Under the pieces are notes generated by a model. That model was not told where the DNA came from and ran no database searches. It worked only from the letters and a program-made list of their open reading frames with translations. A stretch of 64,000 bases of DNA from positions 3,424,001 through 3,488,000 of the forward strand of contig OY760074.1 in assembly GCA_963663035.1 (NCBI GenBank), given 5' to 3'. Below, one piece after another: positions 59,833 to 64,000 of this stretch. Position numbers and translations under genes: made by a program. The stretch is from Acidobacteriota bacterium. GTDB lineage: Bacteria > Acidobacteriota > UBA6911 > RPQK01 > JADFOI01. The stretch's first letter is position 1. Each line of letters starts with the position of its first letter.

Positions 59833-60803
59833 GGATCCACTGGGTAGGTCACCTGAGTAGTTTTGGGGAAGAAGCGTGCCAGGAACTGTTCGCTGCACTT
59901 CTGACACCGGCAGGATATCTCGATAAACTGGTCCTCACCGGACTTGCGTGGCCTGGAAAAATCGAGTTGCTCGATGTCCTTGGCCGTGCACTTGGGGCAG
60001 CTCATAAGGCCTTTGGGAGCAGTGACTTGGGTTCCTCTGGTTTGCTCCTCGAAGTCCAGCCCAGCCTTGTGAATTTCAGTGCGGGCATCCGGACCGTCAA
60101 TTTCGATGATTTCACACATTTCCATGATTCGAGAAAAGAGGCGTTTCCCGATTCTTTCAACCAGAGTGTTTTGCATGGGGTCTGAAGCGACTCTCGACTT
60201 CGGCGATTTGCTTTTCTGAGGTTTCAACGGCCAGTTGGTCGAAAGAATGGTCTGTTTGTTATAGGTGTAGCGGTGATTGATCACCGTTCGAATGGTTTCA
60301 CGAACCCATTCAGTCGGTCGTCCCGTACCCAAGTCGTCCCAGACCAGCAGGGGCACCTCTGAGAGCGGGAGCATGACCTCTCTTTCAGTTTCTGGAGAAT
60401 TGGGGCCGTAGGAATATTGAAGCCGTCTGAGCAGTTCTGCCTCGTCTACGAATCGGGCGCTAACGTTCTTTTCCTGAATCAAGGTCTTGAGAATCGCCAC
60501 CGAGAGGTGCGTTTTTCCCACCCCACACGGTCCGGAAAACAAAAGGCCTCGAGGGACCTTGGGAAAGGCATTGACGTATTCAATGGCACGCAGCTGGGCT
60601 CTTTCCTGCCGCTTGCTGTGCCAGGAGTACTCTTCAAAACCCCGATCAAAGTATCGGGGCGGGATCGCGGCCCTCTCGAAGAGTTTTTTTAGCCCTTCTT
60701 TAGGACGGCAGTCCGGACACGGCACCACTGCCTCCACTGAGTCCTCGGTCCTCACCATCCAGCCCGAGCCGCGACAGCTCGAACAGCTCTCCCTTGCTTT
60801 CAA
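59829..60803 (-). CDS. DnaC/IstB-like AAA+ ATPase (helicase-loader-like) with Zn-ribbon motifs
   Basis: GPCGVGKTHL Walker A, WDDLG Walker B, SRIMEM; CxxC pairs at both termini. Confidence 0.8.
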   Translation of the reverse strand: MKARESCSSCRGSGWMVRTEDSVEAVVPCPDCRPKEGLKKLFERAAIPPRYFDRGFEEYSWHSKRQERAQLRAIEYVNAFPKVPRGLLFSGPCGVGKTHLSVAILKTLIQEKNVSARFVDEAELLRRLQYSYGPNSPETEREVMLPLSEVPLLVWDDLGTGRPTEWVRETIRTVINHRYTYNKQTILSTNWPLKPQKSKSPKSRVASDPMQNTLVERIGKRLFSRIMEMCEIIEIDGPDARTEIHKAGLDFEEQTRGTQVTAPKGLMSCPKCTAKDIEQLDFSRPRKSGEDQFIEISCRCQKCSEQFLARFFPKTTQVTYPVDP

Positions 60804-61348
60804 TCCTGCTTTTGCCAGATTTCCTCCTTGCCTCCTTCAAGAATGTTCTCATATCGGGCCATGACAAACAGAAGATCGGACAATCGGTTCAGATAGATCA
60901 ACAGTTCAGAGTTCACATCCTGATCGAGCTTCATCAGAGCCACCAATTCGCGTTCAGCTCGTCGGCAGATCACCCGCCCAAGGTGGATCAGAGCTGCACC
61001 AGAAGATCCGCCCGGGAGAATGAAATTTTTCAGGGAGGGGATCTCGCCTTGAAGCTCATCGATGATGGTCTCCAGCTGGCGCCAGTCGGTCTCCTCTATG
61101 CGATAGATCCGACGTTTCTGACTGGAAGTGGTTGCGAGATCGGCTCCCGCTTCGAAAAGCTTATGCTGAAGGGATAAGAGAATCTTCCTGACCTTTTTAT
61201 TTTGAGAAAAAGAGAGGGCACTTCCCAACACGGAATTCAATTCGTCGAGGGTGCCGTAGGCGGCCACCCGGGGCAAGTCCTTTTCCACCCGTTCCCCGCT
61301 GAAAAGCGAAGTGTGGCCCTGGTCTCCCTTCCGGGTATAAATTTTCAT
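60800..61348 (-). CDS. ATP:cob(I)alamin adenosyltransferase, PduO type
   Basis: KIYTRKGDQG, GTLDELNS, RRAER, LNRLSD. Confidence 0.95.
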   Translation of the reverse strand: MKIYTRKGDQGHTSLFSGERVEKDLPRVAAYGTLDELNSVLGSALSFSQNKKVRKILLSLQHKLFEAGADLATTSSQKRRIYRIEETDWRQLETIIDELQGEIPSLKNFILPGGSSGAALIHLGRVICRRAERELVALMKLDQDVNSELLIYLNRLSDLLFVMARYENILEGGKEEIWQKQD

Positions 61349-61503
61349 GATGGTGTCGTGAATCAATACCATAGCATGAGAACATCTCATGGTGAAATCG
61401 GACGCGGGCTAGTCACCAGGCCCTTACGGCAGGGGAGAAATCAGCTGCCCTGCCGGCGCTTGCCTACTTGAAACCTGCAGGGTTTCTGGCTAAAATGAGG
61501 CTC

Positions 61504-62013
61504 ATGAAACTTCTAACCGTGCTCTTTTCAACTCTTTTACTTTCCCCGTTCGCCTGGTCTCAGTCGACCAACTTGAAAGTCGGAGACAAGGCGCCCGACT
61601 TCGAATTGCAAGATCAAAACGGCAATGCGGTGAGCTTGAGTGCTTTCTCCGGCCAAAAGAATGTGGCACTCGCCTTTTATGTTCTTGCTTTTACCGGAGG
61701 CTGAAGGACCGAGTTGCAACGATATCAGTCTGATATCGACTTCTTTGAAGCGGAAGATACGGAAATCCTTGCACTGAGTGTTGATGCTCGGCCCAGTCAG
61801 AAAAAGTTTGCTGAGGAGATGGGCGTTGAATTCACAATGTTGAGTGACTTTAAGAGAGAGGTGAGCAGCCTGTACGGAGTCCTGGACGAAGAGAGAGGGA
61901 CTTCTCGCAGGACCACCTTCGTCATTGACAAAGAGGGCATTATTCGCCACATCGATTCGGGACGGGATGCCATTGACATCGCCGGGGTAAAAGCGGCATG
62001 CGCACAGCTTTAA
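61504..62013 (+). CDS. Exported peroxiredoxin (AhpC/TSA/BCP-like), putative selenoprotein with a TxxU motif
   Basis: ORFs 61468..61704 and 61714..62013 are in the same frame, joined across TGA 61702-61704 as [15 protein letters not shown]; signal peptide; [10 protein letters not shown]. Confidence 0.85.
61720..61738 (+). promoter_or_regulatory. Candidate bacterial SECIS hairpin
   Basis: CGATATCA-GTC-TGATATCG, 15 nt after the TGA; G first in the loop. Confidence 0.6.
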
Positions 62014-62044
62014 TAACAGCTGCTTTGCATTATCGACCATCATA

Positions 62045-62071
62045 AAAAGAGAGAACGCGCTTTCCTCTTTT
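62045..62071 (+). terminator. Possible intrinsic terminator
   Basis: AAAAGAG...CTCTTTT stem after the peroxiredoxin gene. Confidence 0.35.
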
Positions 62072-62102
62072 CACGGGTCACCCCTCCTCATGCAGTGAGA
62101 AC

Positions 62103-62525
62103 ATGGCTCAAAAGTATCGGCAGCGAGGGTATAAGGACAGCGATGGCGGCGGGCAGGAAAACCGGCACTCGCAACCGAAGCCCTCACGTGAGGGACCTCG
62201 GTCGCCTCGTATGCCTGGCTTTCATGAAGTCAGACGGTGTGCCATCTGTGGAGTCCAACTCTCCCAGAGTTTCACCGAAATCGAGCCCTCCAGCCAATGT
62301 CCAAAGTGCAGTGCCGACCTGTACACCTGCAAAAACTGCGTCTATTTAGATCCGGCCCGCCGCTTTGAATGCTCCCAGCCGATTCCTGAAAGGATTCCCC
62401 GCAAGAATGTCAGAAATGATTGCCAGTTTTTCCAAGCCCGGATCACAGTAGAAAAGATCACCACATCCGGATCAGAAAAGCCGAAGGATGCCCGAGATGC
62501 ATTTGAAGACCTTTTTAAGAAATGA
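62103..62525 (+). CDS. Conserved hypothetical Cys-rich (Zn-binding) protein
   Basis: CAIC, CPKC and CKNC motifs plus further Cys; stop overlaps the etfB start. Confidence 0.7.
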   Translation: MAQKYRQRGYKDSDGGGQENRHSQPKPSREGPRSPRMPGFHEVRRCAICGVQLSQSFTEIEPSSQCPKCSADLYTCKNCVYLDPARRFECSQPIPERIPRKNVRNDCQFFQARITVEKITTSGSEKPKDARDAFEDLFKK

Positions 62526-63304
62526 AGCTCGTTACCTGTTTAAAAGAAGTCCCCGCTCGAGACACCCGCTACGAAATCAATGCCCAGGGCACTGGAATCC
62601 GGGATTCCGATCTCACCTTCGAAATCAGTGAGTGTGACGAGTACTCGCTGGAAGAGTCCCTAAGACTCCGGGAGAAACACGGCGGAGAGGTGATCATCCT
62701 CACACTGGGTCCGCAAAGGGCCGAGAAATCCATAAGGAAAGGCTTGGCCATGGGAGCCGATCGTGGAATTCTGGTCAAGGACGAGGAGGGAAAACTCACG
62801 ACTCCACATGCGGTGGCCAAGGTTTTGGCCGAAGTCCTCAAGCAGGAGGAGTATGACCTGATTCTGACGGGGACACAGTCGGACGATTGGAGCTATGCGC
62901 AGACCGGTGTTCTATTGGCCGAATTCCTGGGGCTCCCTCACGCCACTATCGTGATGGAGATTGGGGTAGACCCCGCCCAAAAGACAGTCAAGGCGCTGCG
63001 AGAGATGGAGAGTGGCTGGTTCCAGCGGGTGGAACTGCCAATGCCGGCAGTGTTGACCATTCAGGCGGGAATCTCCCAGATCCGCTATGCCTCTTTGAAA
63101 GGCATTATGCAGGCTAAGAAAAAAGAACTGCGAAACATCGAGTTGAGCGAGCTCAAGGTAGACCTGAGCTCTCTCCCCGAGATTGAGGTGCTCAAAGTCT
63201 ATTTTCCCGAAGCCGAGAAGAAGGCCGAAATTCTGCAAGGGGCTCCTGAAACAGTGGTTGAAGAATTGGTGGAGAGGCTGCGAAAAGAAGCCAAGGTGCT
63301 GTGA
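62522..63304 (+). CDS. etfB: Electron transfer flavoprotein beta subunit
   Basis: KEVP, LAMGADRG, G.QSDD, RYASLKGIMQAKKK. Confidence 0.95.
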   Translation: MKLVTCLKEVPARDTRYEINAQGTGIRDSDLTFEISECDEYSLEESLRLREKHGGEVIILTLGPQRAEKSIRKGLAMGADRGILVKDEEGKLTTPHAVAKVLAEVLKQEEYDLILTGTQSDDWSYAQTGVLLAEFLGLPHATIVMEIGVDPAQKTVKALREMESGWFQRVELPMPAVLTIQAGISQIRYASLKGIMQAKKKELRNIELSELKVDLSSLPEIEVLKVYFPEAEKKAEILQGAPETVVEELVERLRKEAKVL

Positions 63305-64000
63305 AAATCTACGTCTTGATCGATCACGGAAATGGTGAGATCCGTGTCCCTTCACTGGAGAGCCTGACTCTTGGCCAGAGGATGGCTGAGGAGGCCGGTT
63401 GCTCACTCCATGCTCTACTCCTCGGCCATAAAATCCAGCCTCTGGCTGAACGGATTGCCAGTCAGAAGGTCGAGTCTGTTTTGCTGGTCGAGGACCAGAA
63501 GTTAGCAGACTATGATCCGGATGTTTATTGCCAAGCCCTCAGCCAGATCCTCACTGAAGACCAGCCCTATCTTTTGCTCATGGCGCATATTTACCAGAAC
63601 ATTGATTTGGCGCCTAAATTGGCGGCAGTCATCAGTAAAGGATTGGTGACCGATTGTATCGGTTACCGCAAGGAAGCGGACAGCTTCATCTTCGTTCGTC
63701 AGATGTTCAGGAATAGGCTCAACGCGGAGGTGCAGATCCGATCCGAGCATCCATGGATTGTGACCATGCAGGTGGGAGCGACAAGTGTGGATGATCTAAC
63801 GGAGGGAAGCGCCCAAGTTGTAGAGCGCTCTGTAGATCTGTCGGCTGTGGAGCTTCGTCGCAAGCCCCTGGAGGCTTTCGAAGCCACCAAGGGAAAAGTG
63901 GATCTTTCCCAGGCAGAATTGATCGTGGCGGTGGGGCGCGGCATCAAGAAAGCGGAAAATCTGAAAATCATTGAGGAACTGGCAGAGGTGCTGGGGGCGG
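63301..64000 (+). CDS. etfA: Electron transfer flavoprotein alpha subunit, 3'-truncated by the window edge
   Basis: GTG start overlapping the etfB stop; LAPKLAA, DLSQAELIVAVGRGI. Confidence 0.9.
   Translation, partial: MKIYVLIDHGNGEIRVPSLESLTLGQRMAEEAGCSLHALLLGHKIQPLAERIASQKVESVLLVEDQKLADYDPDVYCQALSQILTEDQPYLLLMAHIYQNIDLAPKLAAVISKGLVTDCIGYRKEADSFIFVRQMFRNRLNAEVQIRSEHPWIVTMQVGATSVDDLTEGSAQVVERSVDLSAVELRRKPLEAFEATKGKVDLSQAELIVAVGRGIKKAENLKIIEELAEVLGA

Noticed and set aside
59829-60803. Prophage or IS21 element suggested by the DnaC/IstB-like gene
   Set aside because: No integrase, IstA, phage genes or terminal repeats were seen nearby.

Overview
Bacterial chromosomal window; the gene families suggest an Acidobacteriota-like diderm, which is inference only. 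Positions 1 to ~46.8 kb form an accessory catabolic region. It holds seven signal-peptide-bearing Amidohydro_3/YtcJ-like paralogues, four DUF5916/CBM9-like proteins ending in an outer-membrane beta-signal, three SLC13/DASS transporters and two cohesin-like exported proteins sharing a terminal ACLFYMH tail. It also encodes TPP enzymes (one with a twin-arginine motif, coupled to a dihaem cytochrome c), aromatic/organic-acid catabolic enzymes and an orphan coxM-coxG pair. Mobile and repeat elements are one intact IS3-family element inside a ~400-bp palindrome plus several MITE/REP-like repeats. From ~46.9 kb onward the genes are housekeeping (S41 protease, mltD, yhaM, aminotransferase, trmJ-like, DHS-like, DnaC-like, PduO-type adenosyltransferase, etfBA). 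The strongest hidden signal is two ORFs split by in-frame TGA codons, each followed by a SECIS-like hairpin: a sulfide:quinone oxidoreductase-like flavoprotein whose second redox Cys position is TGA, and an exported TxxU peroxiredoxin. No rRNA, tRNA or CRISPR array was recognised.
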